From NCBI RefSeq assembly GCF_964204645.1, contig NC_134035.1, positions 8,898,451-8,962,450 of the forward strand: 64,000 bases of DNA. Reading direction: 5' to 3'. Shown here piece after piece: positions 12,348-24,065 of the stretch. Made by a program: the position numbers and the translations under genes. Below the pieces are notes generated by a model that saw nothing but the letters and a program-made list of their open reading frames with translations, did not search any database and was not told where the DNA came from. The stretch comes from Tubulanus polymorphus (Eukaryota > Animalia > Nemertea). Position 1 is the first letter of the stretch, and the number at the start of each line of letters is the position of its first letter.

Positions 12348-13286
12348 TCAACATTTCAACAACTGAAAGAAAGTTTTTCTGAATTGATTGTTTACAATCA
12401 AATAAATGAGTAGATTTACAGAGGAATTGACGGCCGATGTCAAGAGGTAGGTTGTGTTCAATATTTCCTGGAACGGATAGCGTCTTCCCATTTTACCGAG
12501 TAAACCTGGAAATTCCAAAACCGTGAATATGATACTCATTGTCAGCACCATTTTCGTCGCCTTCGACATGCCCTGCTTTTCTGACTCAGGCGTTTTACAA
12601 GAAGCAGATAGAAATTTCCGTCGTTTTGCTTTAACTCGTAAAACAATCATAAGTGTTATATTCGCTCCGAAAACTGCTATATTCGGTATAATGATTCGGA
12701 AGATAGGGTCGACGGAGCGGTTCATGAGGACAAAGCTACTGTCAGGTGAGTAGTACGCCCTGTAGTGAGGGCCGAGTCTGGATCGTTTTTGGAATATAAC
12801 TCGCATAGTTATAGGGTAATATGAGGGCAGTGCCATTGAAAATATAAAGGCAAAGACAACGATAGAATTAATGAAGATATTGCGTCGAACCATTAAGATG
12901 AAAATCATCGTAATTAATCTTTCGCATTGAATGATAACGGTTAGATAGTTACGGAACATTTGAAATCCGTGGTTAAACATAGTCATCCATATGTATATGT
13001 GAGGGAAGATCCACTCTGGAATGAAATATTTGATCATATCACCGTACGTAGCGTAGTGAATATAATAGCGAACCGGGCTCTGGATGAATTTCGTTACCAA
13101 AAACATGTTATCAGCAACAGCGAGGTATTTCAGTAAATAGATGCAGCGGTTTTTAGTCTTCATTCTGAGAAATACAATGAGAACGATCGAGTTTAAACCA
13201 ACCCCGACTGTCAGTATAGGAGGCAAAATGAATCCTATCACAACCCATTTGTGGGCATATGAAGTTAAAGTAGAATTAGTTATCAT
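12348..13286 (-). CDS. Orphan class A GPCR (FMRFamide-receptor-like / chemoreceptor-like), copy 1, 312 aa
   Basis: Seven hydrophobic segments; TM1 GVGLN, TM2 LAVADN, TM3 ERL (DRY variant), TM5 IIP, TM6 LEFP, TM7 NSSVNLLIY, helix 8 FRKTF; N-terminal NST sequon. Confidence 0.9.
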   Translation of the reverse strand: MITNSTLTSYAHKWVVIGFILPPILTVGVGLNSIVLIVFLRMKTKNRCIYLLKYLAVADNMFLVTKFIQSPVRYYIHYATYGDMIKYFIPEWIFPHIYIWMTMFNHGFQMFRNYLTVIIQCERLITMIFILMVRRNIFINSIVVFAFIFSMALPSYYPITMRVIFQKRSRLGPHYRAYYSPDSSFVLMNRSVDPIFRIIIPNIAVFGANITLMIVLRVKAKRRKFLSASCKTPESEKQGMSKATKMVLTMSIIFTVLEFPGLLGKMGRRYPFQEILNTTYLLTSAVNSSVNLLIYLIVNNQFRKTFFQLLKC

Positions 13287-13865
13287 CCTGAATACGTACT
13301 AAATTAAATCTGATCAGCTATTTTAATATAGATTGAATATTGCGCGGCACATGCAGTGTTGTCAAAATTGCCTTTTCAGAAATAGTTCCACCACTTAAGC
13401 AACTACCGACAGAGTAAACCTAAGATTAAGAAACTAATATAATTTGTGATGTACAACAGCACGGCATCCATGTACGCGAAATCGATAATTCCGCCGCCAG
13501 TTTTTAAACCAGAAACTGTAGACATTGGCAATTTCACGATATACAGGTATCACATACAAATCTATAGCTCATGGTATATACTACAGTATGATATGTTGCT
13601 GAGTGTCTTCAGATGTTCACCATCGGGTTCTGATCAATCCTTGTCGGATTGATCTGATTAGTGTCAAATGTTGTTCCTATACACTAACATTTTCATTTTT
13701 TCATTTCTAATTTATTTTCAGCATTTTGTAATTCAAACTGTAATGTTTATCAATCTTACTTTGTTATCATTCTTTTTAACTTCTTGTGGAACCCGGACTA
13801 GATTCATTAAATTACCGATCCGAACGACTCACGCGACGCGATGAACCTGCTGTCTCATTATATCG

Positions 13866-14013
13866 TAAGGTGCTGCCGCTATGCTCATCGTTAGCGGATT
13901 TTTCAAACACCAACAAAAGTCGACTCTGGCAATCACATACATACGATTGCCAGAGTTGACTCATGTTAGTGTATGAAAAATCCGCTAACGATGAGCATAG
14001 CGGCAGCACATTA
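13866..14013. mobile_element. 148-bp fold-back (MITE-like) element; copies start at 18112, 21571 (half), 24668, 28118, 31601, 35079 and 38171
   Basis: taaggtgctgccgctatgctcatcgttagcggatttttca...tgaaaaatccgctaacgatgagcatagcggcagcacatta; near-perfect palindrome with TAA/TTA ends. Confidence 0.8.
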
Positions 14014-14448
14014 TGGTAAAATTATTATGATATGTAATTCAGGCGAAATAAGTGATGAATACCGTTGATTTGTCATTCTCACACCAAGCTGAGAAGAAGA
14101 TACCTTACTAGTTATTATAACGAAAATCCGACCTAGATAAAATATTACGAGTTATTGAATACGAATGACACTAAATGATTATTGAATAATATTATAGATA
14201 TGTTGAAATGTTCTGTAAATATTTTGTTTTTTTTACATAGTGTATTGATATGCATGTTTTCTCTCCTTATACAATTGACATTGTCAGGTTGAATAAAATT
14301 ATCTTGTCTTATCTTATCATGAAAGTAACAAAATATTCCCATAATCTACATGTATTAGTGGAGTTTAGTTTTCCTCCTTATGCCATGGAAATAAGATTTG
14401 GTGTGTAATAAATATTCGTGATTTTGGTTTTTTGATCAGGTTACTCTG

Positions 14449-14476
14449 CTTTATATAGCCCCACATCTCATTGGCC
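14449..14476 (-). promoter_or_regulatory. Candidate CCAAT box + TATA box for the GPCR gene (TATA repeated at ~18688, 21785, 25250, 28701, 32184, 35661, 38760)
   Basis: Minus strand ggCCAATgagatgtggggcTATATAAAGcag, oriented toward the GPCR and ~1.17 kb upstream of its ATG. Confidence 0.5.
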
Positions 14477-15794
14477 CAAAATCCTGGAATGCCCTCCCCC
14501 ATCTCATTATTGTCGTGTTGAAGCACACTTAATGTTTACTTTTTAGTAGACTTGAAAAATTCCGCCCTATTGTGTTGATTAACGGGCGGAATACCACTAT
14601 AGTGCATCTACACCCTGGCGCGGTGTATCGTTAGTTACTAATATTTAACTATGTTTGACAGGTGCTGCCATTCATAGAGATAAAAACCAATTACTATTTA
14701 CACCAATACACCGCAGTGCGGTGTACTAGCAAAATCCACCACCTACTCATACACCGCACTGCGGTGTAGACGCACTGAAAGGGTTAAAGATTGGATAGAT
14801 TTTTAAGTACAATTTTTTATCATTTTGAAACGTTTTTCTGACTCATCATTAGGTTGAACCAGAAACTGAGTCCCGAGACTTTACAGAGATATACAGATAA
14901 CTATAGAAATTCTGTTTTGTTTTAATTTCTTGTTGAAATGTACACACTTTGTATTGTTAGTTTTGTTAATTGCCAAGTAATATGAATCAATAAAGTGCGT
15001 GACTCCAAAAAAAACTTCTACGTTGGACTTAAAGTAGTTCTTATGTGGTTTTGAAGTCTACTTAGCGACATTCATTTATTGCGTACACTTTGTGAGGGAG
15101 AGGGCTTATGTACCTATGTGAAAAAATGGCAGGAAGGGGAGTTAAAAATTCAAATTTTGTGCGCACGTAGTCAATGAATGAAACTTCAGCATTGCACAGT
15201 GCGATTTCTTGGGGAAAACTTTGTGAAGGCCCTGATAAGTGCTTACTTCTCACTAAAGTGCTGAAAAGAGCTACTTTCTGATCTGACATACCAGTTATCT
15301 AGTAGAATGTGTCAAAAATGTAGGTAATATTACGTAGGGTCCAATCTAAGCACTTAGTCTGATAGCCCGGGATAAGTGTATTTTCATTAGGGCAAGTAGG
15401 TTATCATTTTATCACTTGTCCACTCAGACACTGGACTAGTACAATTTTATGTCTCAAAGCTTTTTTTGCCACTCGATACAACAGGGGCCAGTCGCTCAAA
15501 AGTTTAGTTTAAGATAACCGGCAGATAAATACGATAGTGACAATGAACTTTTAATGGTCACTATGTCAACTATCCACTGGTTAACTAAACAACTGTTATG
15601 AAGGGCAAGTTGATTTTTGAAGGGGCTAGCGAAATTTCAGACATGATTTCTTGTTTGAAACCGACTCCAACTGAATCCGATGACGAATTATGTATTGCCA
15701 CAATCACTATGATCAGAAACACAAAAGGTTACCAGGGATTTTCTTACCGTATAACATTAGACTGGATGCACCACGTCGCACTGACAGTTTATTG

Positions 15795-16237
15795 TCAACA
15801 TTTCAACAACTGAAAGAAAGTTTTTCTGAATTGATTGTTTACAATCAAATAAATGAATAGATTTACAGAAGAATTGACGGCCGATGTCAAGAGGTAGGTT
15901 GTGTTCAATATTTTCTGGAAAGGAAAGTGTCTTCCCATTTTACCGAATAAACCTGGAAATTCCAAAACCGTGAATATGATACTCATTGTCAGCACCATTT
16001 TCGTCGCCTTCGACATGCCCTGTTTTTCTGATTCTGGCGCTTTACAAGCGGCAGATAAAAATTTCCGTCGTTTTGCTTTAACTCGTAAAACAATGATTAG
16101 CGCTATATTCGCTGCGAAAACTGATATATTCGGTATAATGATTCGGAAGATAGGGTCAACGTAACGGTTCATGAGGATAAAACTACTGTCACGTGAGTAG
16201 TGCGCTCTGTAGTGAGGACCGAGTCTGGATTTTTTTT
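15795..16237 (-). pseudogene. GPCR copy 2, 3' fragment only (ECL2 to stop); 5' half and upstream region deleted
   Basis: Near-identical to the C-terminal half of 33529..34467, but at the T run 16230-16237 the sequence switches to the downstream flank of the next unit (gccactcgatac). Confidence 0.9.
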
Positions 16238-16565
16238 AGCCACTCGATACAACAGGGGCCAGTCGCTCAAAAGTTTAGTTTAAGATAACCGGCAGATAAA
16301 TACCATAGTGACAATGAACTTTTAATGGTCACTATGTCAACTATCCACTGGTTAACTAAACAACTGCAATGAAGGGCAAGTTGATTTTTGAAGGGGCTAG
16401 CGAAATTTCAGACATGATTTCTTGTTTGAAACCGACTCCAACTGAATCCGATGACGAATTATGTATTGCCACAATCACTATGATCAGAAACACAAAAGGT
16501 TACCAGGGATTTTCTTACTGTATTACATTAGACTGGATGCACCACGTCGCGCTGACAGTGTATTG

Positions 16566-17499
16566 TCAGCTTTTCAACAACTGAAAGAAAGTTTTTCTGA
16601 ATTGTTTGTTTACAATCAAATAGATGATTAGATTTACAGAAGAATTGACGACTGATGTTAAGACGTAGGTTGTGTTCAATATTTCCTGGAAAGGATAGCG
16701 TCTTCCCATTTTACCGAGTAAACCTGGAAATTCCAAAATCGTGAATATGATACTCATTGTCAGCACCATTTTCGTAGCTTTCGACATGCCCTGTTTTTCT
16801 GACTCTGATTTACTAGTCACTAAGAAATTTCCGTTGTTTTGCTTTGACTCGTCAAACAATGATAAGCGCTATATTCGCTGCGAAAACTAATATATTCGGT
16901 ATAATGATTCGGACGATCGGGTCGACGTAACGGTTCATGAGGACAAAGCTACTGTCACGTGAGTAGTACGCTCTGTAGTGAGGACCGAGTCTGGATCGTT
17001 TTTGGAAAATAACTTGCATAGTTATAGGGCAATATGAGCACAATGCCACTGAAAATATACATGCAAAGGCAACGATAAAATTGATGAAGATATTGCGTTG
17101 AACCTTTAAGATAAAAATCATCGTAACTAATCTTTCGCATTGAATGATAACAGTTAAATAGTTACGGAACATTTGAAATCCGTTGTTAAACATAGTCATC
17201 CATATGTATATGTCAGGGAAGACCCACGTCGCATTGAAATATTTGATCATATCACCGTACGTAGCGTAGTGAATATAATAGCGAACCGGGTCCTGGATGA
17301 ATTTCGTTACCAAAAACATGTTATCAGCAACAGCGAGGTATTTCAGTAAATAGATGCAGCGGATTTTAGTCTTCATTCTGAGAAATAAAATGAGAACGAT
17401 CGAGTTTAAACCAACTCCGACTGTCAGTATAGGAGGCAAAATGAATCCTATCACAACCCATTTGTGGGCATATGAAGTTAAAGTAGAATTAGTTATCAT
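16566..17499 (-). pseudogene. GPCR copy 3, disrupted (TTA>TGA stop at 16852-16854 plus a 2-nt deletion near 16820)
   Basis: Split into ORFs 16852..17499 and 16566..16859; comparison with copy 10 shows both lesions. Confidence 0.88.
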
Positions 17500-20015
17500 C
17501 CTGAATACGTACTAAATTAAATCTGATCAGCTATTTTGATATAGATTGAATATTGCGCGGCACATGCCGCACACAATGCAAGCTGTAGCAGTGTGGAGCA
17601 GTGTTGTCAAAATTGCCTTTTCAGAAATAGTTCCACCACTTAAGCAACTACCGACAGAGTAAACCTAAGATTAAGAAACTAATATAATTTGTGATGTACA
17701 ACAGCACGGCATCCATGTACGCGAAATCGATAATTCCGCCGCCAGTTTTTAAACCAGAAACTGTAGACATTGGCAATTTCACGATACACAGGTATCACAT
17801 ACAAATCTATAGCTCATGGTATATACTACAGTATGATATGTTGCTGAGTGTCTTCAGATGTTCACCATCGGGTTCTGATCAGTCCTTGACGATTTGATCT
17901 GATTAGTGTCAGATGTTGTTCCTATACACTAACATTTTCATTTTTTTCATTTCTAATTTATTTTCAGCATTTAGTAATTCAAACTGTAATGTTTATCAAT
18001 CTTACTTTGTTATCATTCTGTTTAACTTCTTTTGAGACCCGGACTAGATTCATTAAATTACCGATCCGAACGACACAGGCGACGCGATAAACCTGCTGTC
18101 TCATTATATCGTAAGGTGCTGTCGCTATGCTCATCGTTAGCGGTCTTTTCAAACACTAACAAAAGTCGACTCTGGCAATCACATACATACGATTGCCAGA
18201 GTCGACTCATGTTAGTGTATGAAAAATCCGCTAACGATGAGCATAGCGGCAGCACATTATGGTAAAATTATTATGATATGTAATTCAGGCGAAATAAGTG
18301 ATGAATACCGTTGATTTGTCATTCTCACACCAAGCTGAGAAGAAGATACCTTACTAGTTATTATAACGAAAATCCGACCTAGATAAAATATTACGAGTTA
18401 TTGAATACGAATGACACTAAATGATTATTGAATAATATTATAGATATGTTGAGATGTGCTGTAAATATTTTGTTTCTAGTGTATTGATATGCATGTTTTT
18501 CTGTCCTTATACAATTGACATTGTCAGGATGAATGAAATTATCTTATCTTATCCTATCATGAAAGTAACAAAATATTCCCATAACCAACAAGTATTAGTG
18601 GAGTTTAGTTTTCCTCCTTATGCCATGGAAATATGAGTTGGTGTGTAATAAATATTCGTGATCTTTTTTTTTGATCAGGTTACTCTGCTTTATATAGCCC
18701 CACATCTCATTGGCCCAAAATCCTGGAATGCCCCCCCCCAAACTCATTATTTTTGTGTTGAAGCACATTTAATGTTCACTTTTTAGTTGACTTGAAAAAT
18801 TCCACCCTAGTGTGTTGAATAACGGGAATACAGTGCATCTTCAACGCGGCGCAGTGTATCGTAGTTACTAATACTTCACTTTGTTTGACAGGTGCTGCCA
18901 TTCATAGAGATAAAAACCAATTACTATTTACACCAATACACCGCAGTGCGATGTACTAGCAAAATCCATCACCTATTTATAGACCGCACTGCGGTGTGGA
19001 CGCACTGAAAGGGTTAAAGATTAGATAGATTTTTAAGTACAATTTTTTATCATTTTGAAACGTTTTTCTGACTCCACATTCGGTTGAACCAGAAACTGAG
19101 TCCCAAGACTTTATAGAGATAAACAGATAACTATAGAAATTCTGTTTTGTTTTAATTTCTTGTTGAAATGTACACTTTTTGTTTTGTTAGTTTTGTTAAT
19201 TGCCAAGTGATATGAATCAGTAAAGTGCGTGACTCCAAAAAAAAACTTCTACTTCTTTGGACTTAACGTAGTTCTTATGTTTTGAAGTCTACTCAGTGAC
19301 ATTCATTTATTGCGTGCACTTTGTGAGGGAGAGGGCTTAATAAACCTATGTCAAAAAATGGCAGGGGGGGGAGTTAGAAAATTCAAATTTTGTGCGCACG
19401 TAATCAATGAATGAAACTTCAGCGTTACACAGTGCGATTTCTTGGGGAAAACTTTGTGAAGGCCCTGATTAGTGCTTACTTCTCACTAAAGTGCTGAAGA
19501 GAGCTACTTTCTGACTTATACAAGTTATCTAGTAGAATGTATCAAAAATGTAGTACGCAGGGTCCAATCTAAGCACTTAGTCTGATAGCCCGGGATAAGT
19601 GTATTTTCATTAGGGCAAGTAGGTTATCATTTTATCACTTGTCCACTCAGACACTGGACTAGTACAATGTTATGTCTCAAAGCTTTTTTGCCACTCGATA
19701 CAACAGGGGTCAGTCGCTCAAAAGTTTAGTTAAAGATAACCGGCAGATAAATACCATAGTGACAATGAACTTTTAATCGTCACTATGTCAACTATCCACT
19801 GGTTAACTAAACAACTGCAATGAAGGGCAAGTTGATTGTTGAAGGGGCTAGCGAAATTTCAGACATGATATCTTGTTTGAAACCGACTCTTTTGAATCCG
19901 ATGACGAATTATGTATTGCCATAATCGCCATGATCAGAAACACAAAAGGTTACCAGGGATTTTCTTACCGTATTACATTAGACTGGATGCACCACGTCGC
20001 GCTGACAGTTTATTG

Positions 20016-20954
20016 TCAACAAATTAACAAATGAAAGAAAGTTTTTCTGAATTGTTTGTTTACAATCAAATAGATGATTAGATTTACAGAAGAATTGACG
20101 ACCGATGTCAAGAGGTAGGTTGTGTTCAATGTTTCCTGTAAAGGAAAGCGTCCTCCCATTTTACCGAGTAAACCTGGAAATTCCAAAACCGTAAATATGA
20201 TACTCATTGTCAGCACCATTTTCGTCGCCTTCGACATGCCCTGTTTTTCTGACTCTGGCGGTTTAGAAGCGGCAGATAGAAATTTCCGTCGTTTTGCTTT
20301 AACTCGTAAAACAATCATTAGTGCTATATTCGCTGCGAAAACTAATATATTCGGTATAATGATTCGGAAGATCGGGTCGACGTAACGGTTCATGAGGATA
20401 AAACTACTGTCACGTGAGTAGTGCGCTCTGTAGTGAGGACCGAGTCTAGATCGTTTTTGGAAAATAACTCGCATAGTTATAGGGTAATATGAGCACAGTG
20501 CCACTGAAAATATACATGCAAAGACGATGATAGAATTAATGAAGATATTGCGTCGAACCATTAAGATGAAAATCATCGTAACTAATCTTTCGCATTGAAT
20601 GATAACGGTTAGATAGTTACGGAACATTTGAAATCCGTTGTTAAACATAGTCATCCATATGTATATGTGAGGGAAGACCCACTTTGCATTGAAATGTTTG
20701 ATCATATCACCGTACGTCGCATAGTGAATATAATAGCGAACCGGGCTCTGGATGAATTTCGTTACCAAAAACATGTTATCAGCAACGGCGAGGTATTTCA
20801 GTAAATAGATGCAGCGGTTTTTAGTCTTCATTCTGAGAAATACAATGAGAACGATCGAGTTTAAACCAACCCCGACTGTCAGTATAGGAGGCAAAATGAA
20901 TCCTATCATAACCCATTTGTGGGCATATGAAGTTAAAGTAGAATTAGTTATCAT
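20016..20954 (-). CDS. Orphan class A GPCR, copy 4, 312 aa
   Basis: Intact paralogous ORF with the same 7TM motifs. Confidence 0.9.
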   Translation of the reverse strand: MITNSTLTSYAHKWVMIGFILPPILTVGVGLNSIVLIVFLRMKTKNRCIYLLKYLAVADNMFLVTKFIQSPVRYYIHYATYGDMIKHFNAKWVFPHIYIWMTMFNNGFQMFRNYLTVIIQCERLVTMIFILMVRRNIFINSIIVFACIFSVALCSYYPITMRVIFQKRSRLGPHYRAHYSRDSSFILMNRYVDPIFRIIIPNILVFAANIALMIVLRVKAKRRKFLSAASKPPESEKQGMSKATKMVLTMSIIFTVLEFPGLLGKMGGRFPLQETLNTTYLLTSVVNSSVNLIIYLIVNKQFRKTFFHLLIC

Positions 20955-23129
20955 CCTGAATACGTACTAAATTAAATCTGATCAGCTATTTTAATATAGA
21001 TTGAATATTGCGCGGCACATGCCGCACACAATGCAAGCTGTAGCAGTGTGGAGCAGTGTTGTCAAAATTGCCTTTTCAGAAATAGTTCCACCACTTAAGC
21101 AACTACCGACAGAGTAAACCTAAGATTAAGAAACTAATATAATTTGTGATGTACAACAGATGAAACGACATCCATGTACGCGAAATCGATTATTCCGCCG
21201 CCAGTTTTTAAACCAGAAACTGTAGACATTGGCAATTTCACGATATACAGGTATCACATACAAATCTATAGCTCATGGTATATACTACAGTATGATATGT
21301 TGCTGAGTGTCTTCAGATGTTCACCATTGGGTTCTGATCAGTCCTTGTCGGATTGATCTGATTAGTGTCAGATGTTGTTCCTATACACTAACATTTTCAT
21401 TTTTTTCATTTCTAATTTATTTTCAGCATTTTGTAATTCAAACTGTAATGTTTATCAATCTTACTTTGTTATCATTCTTTTTAACTTCTTGTGAGACCCG
21501 GACTAGATTCATTAAATTACCGATCCGAACGACTCACGCGACGCGATCAACCTGCTGTCTCATTATATCGTAAGGTGCTGCCGCTATGCTCATCGTTAGC
21601 GGACTTTTCAAACACTAACAAAAGTCGACTCTGGCAATCACATACATATCTTATCATGAAGGTAACAAAATATTCCCATAATCTACATGTATTAGTGGAG
21701 TTTAGTTTTCCTCCTTATGCCATGGAAATAAGATTTGGTGTGTAATAAATATTCGTGATTTTGTTTTTTGATCAGGTTACTCTGCTTTATATAGCCCCAC
21801 ATCTCATTGGCCCAAAATCCTGGAATGCCCTCCCCCCATCTCATTATTGTCGTGTTGAAGCACATTTAATGTTCACTTTTTAGTTGACTTGAAAAATTCC
21901 GCCCTATTGTGTTGATTAACGGGCGGAATACCACTATAGTGCATCTACACCCTGGCGCGGTGTATCGTTAGTTACTATATTTCACTATGTTTGACAGGTG
22001 CTGCCATTCATAGAGATAAAAACCAATTACTATTTACACCGATACACCGCAGTGCGGTGTACTAGCAAAATCCATCACCTACTCATACACCGCACTGCGG
22101 TGTAGACGCACTGAAAGGGTTAAAGATTGGATAGATTTTTAAGTAAAATTTTCTATCATTTTGAAACGTTTTTCTGACTCATCATTCGGTTGAACCAGAA
22201 ACTGAGTCCCGAGACTTTATAGAGATAAACAGATAACTATAGAAATTCTGTTTGTTTTAATTTCTTGTTGAAATGTACAAACTTTGTATTGTTAGTTTTG
22301 TTAATTGCCAAGTAATATGAATCAATAAAGTGCGTGACTCCAAAAAAAAACTTCTACGTTGGACTTAAAGTAGTTCTTATGTGGTTTTGAAGTCTACTTA
22401 GCGACATTCATTTATTGCGTACACTTTGTGAGGGAGAGGGCTTATGTACCTATGTGAAAAAATGGCAGGAAGGGGAGTTAAAAATTCAAATTTTGTGCGC
22501 ACGTAGTCAATGAATGAAACTTCAGCATTGCACAGTGCTATTTCTTGGGGAAAACTTTGTGAAGGCCCTGATTAGTGCTTACTTCTCACCTAAGTGCTGA
22601 AGAGAGCTACTTTCTGATTTATACAATTTATCTAGTAGAATTTGACAAAAATGTAGGTAATGTTACGCAGGGTCCAACCTAAGCACTTAGTCTGATAGCC
22701 CGCGATAAGTATATTATCATTGGGGCAAGTAGGTTATTATTTTATCGCTTGTCCACTCAGACATTGGACTAGTACAATTTTATGTCTCAAAGCTTTTTTG
22801 CCACTCGATACAACAGGGGCCAGTCGCTCAAAAGTTTAGTTTAAGATAACCGGCAGATAAATACCATAGTGACAATGAACTTTTAATTGTCACTATGTCA
22901 ACTATCCACTGGTTAACTAAACAACTGCAATGAAGGGCAAGTTGATTTTTGAAGGGGCTAGCGAAATTTCAGACATGATTTCTTGTTTGAAACCGACTCC
23001 AACTGAATCCGATGACGAATTATGTATTGCCACAATCACTATGATCAGAAACACAAAAGGTTACCAGGGATTTTCTTACCGTATTACATTAGACTGGATG
23101 CACCACGTCGCGCTGACAGTTTATTGTCA

Positions 23130-24065
23130 TCATTTCAACAACTGAAAGAAAGTTTTTCTGAATTGATTGTTTACAATCAAATAAATGAATAGATTTACAG
23201 AAGAATTGACGACCGATGTCAAGAGGTAGGTTGTGTTCAATATTTTCTGGAAAGAAAAGCGTCTTCCCATTTTACCGAGTAAACCTGGAAATTCCAAAAC
23301 TGTGAATATGATACTCATTGTCAGCACCATTTTCGTCGCCTTCGACATGCCCTGTTTTTCTGACTCTGGCGGTTTACAAGCGGCAGATAAAAATTTCCGT
23401 CGTTTTGCTTTAACTCGTAAAACAATCATTAGTGCTATATTCGCTGCGAAAACTAATATATTCGGTATAATGACTCGGACGATCGGGTCGACGTAACGGT
23501 TCATGAGGACAAAACTACTGTCAGGTGAGTAGTACGCTCTGTAGTGAGGACCGAGGCTAGAACGTTTTTGGAATATAACTTGCATGTTTATAGGGTAATA
23601 TGAGCACAGTGCCACTGAAAATATACATGCAAAGACGACGATAAAATTAATGAAGATATTGCGTCGAACCATTAAGATGAAAATCATCGTAACTAATCTT
23701 TCGCATTGAATGATAACGGTTAAATAGTTGCGGAACATTTGAAATCCGTTGTTAAACATAGTCATCCATATGTATATGTCAGGGAAGACCCGCTTTGCAT
23801 TGAAATATTTGATCATATCACCGTACGTAGCGTAGTGAATATAATAGCGAACCGGGCCCTGGATGAATTTCGTTACCAAAAACATGTTATCAGCAACGGC
23901 GAGACATTTCAGTAAATAGATGCAGCGGTTTTTAGTTTTCATTCTGAGAAATACAATAAGAACGATCGAGTTTAAACCAACCCCGACTGTCAGTATAGGA
24001 GGCAAAATGAATCCTATCACAACCCATTTGTGGGCATATGAAGTTAAAGTAGAATTAGTTATCAT
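23130..24065 (-). CDS. Orphan class A GPCR, copy 5, 311 aa (terminal Cys codon changed to stop)
   Basis: Intact paralogous ORF. Confidence 0.9.
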   Translation of the reverse strand: MITNSTLTSYAHKWVVIGFILPPILTVGVGLNSIVLIVFLRMKTKNRCIYLLKCLAVADNMFLVTKFIQGPVRYYIHYATYGDMIKYFNAKRVFPDIYIWMTMFNNGFQMFRNYLTVIIQCERLVTMIFILMVRRNIFINFIVVFACIFSVALCSYYPINMQVIFQKRSSLGPHYRAYYSPDSSFVLMNRYVDPIVRVIIPNILVFAANIALMIVLRVKAKRRKFLSAACKPPESEKQGMSKATKMVLTMSIIFTVLEFPGLLGKMGRRFSFQKILNTTYLLTSVVNSSVNLFIYLIVNNQFRKTFFQLLK

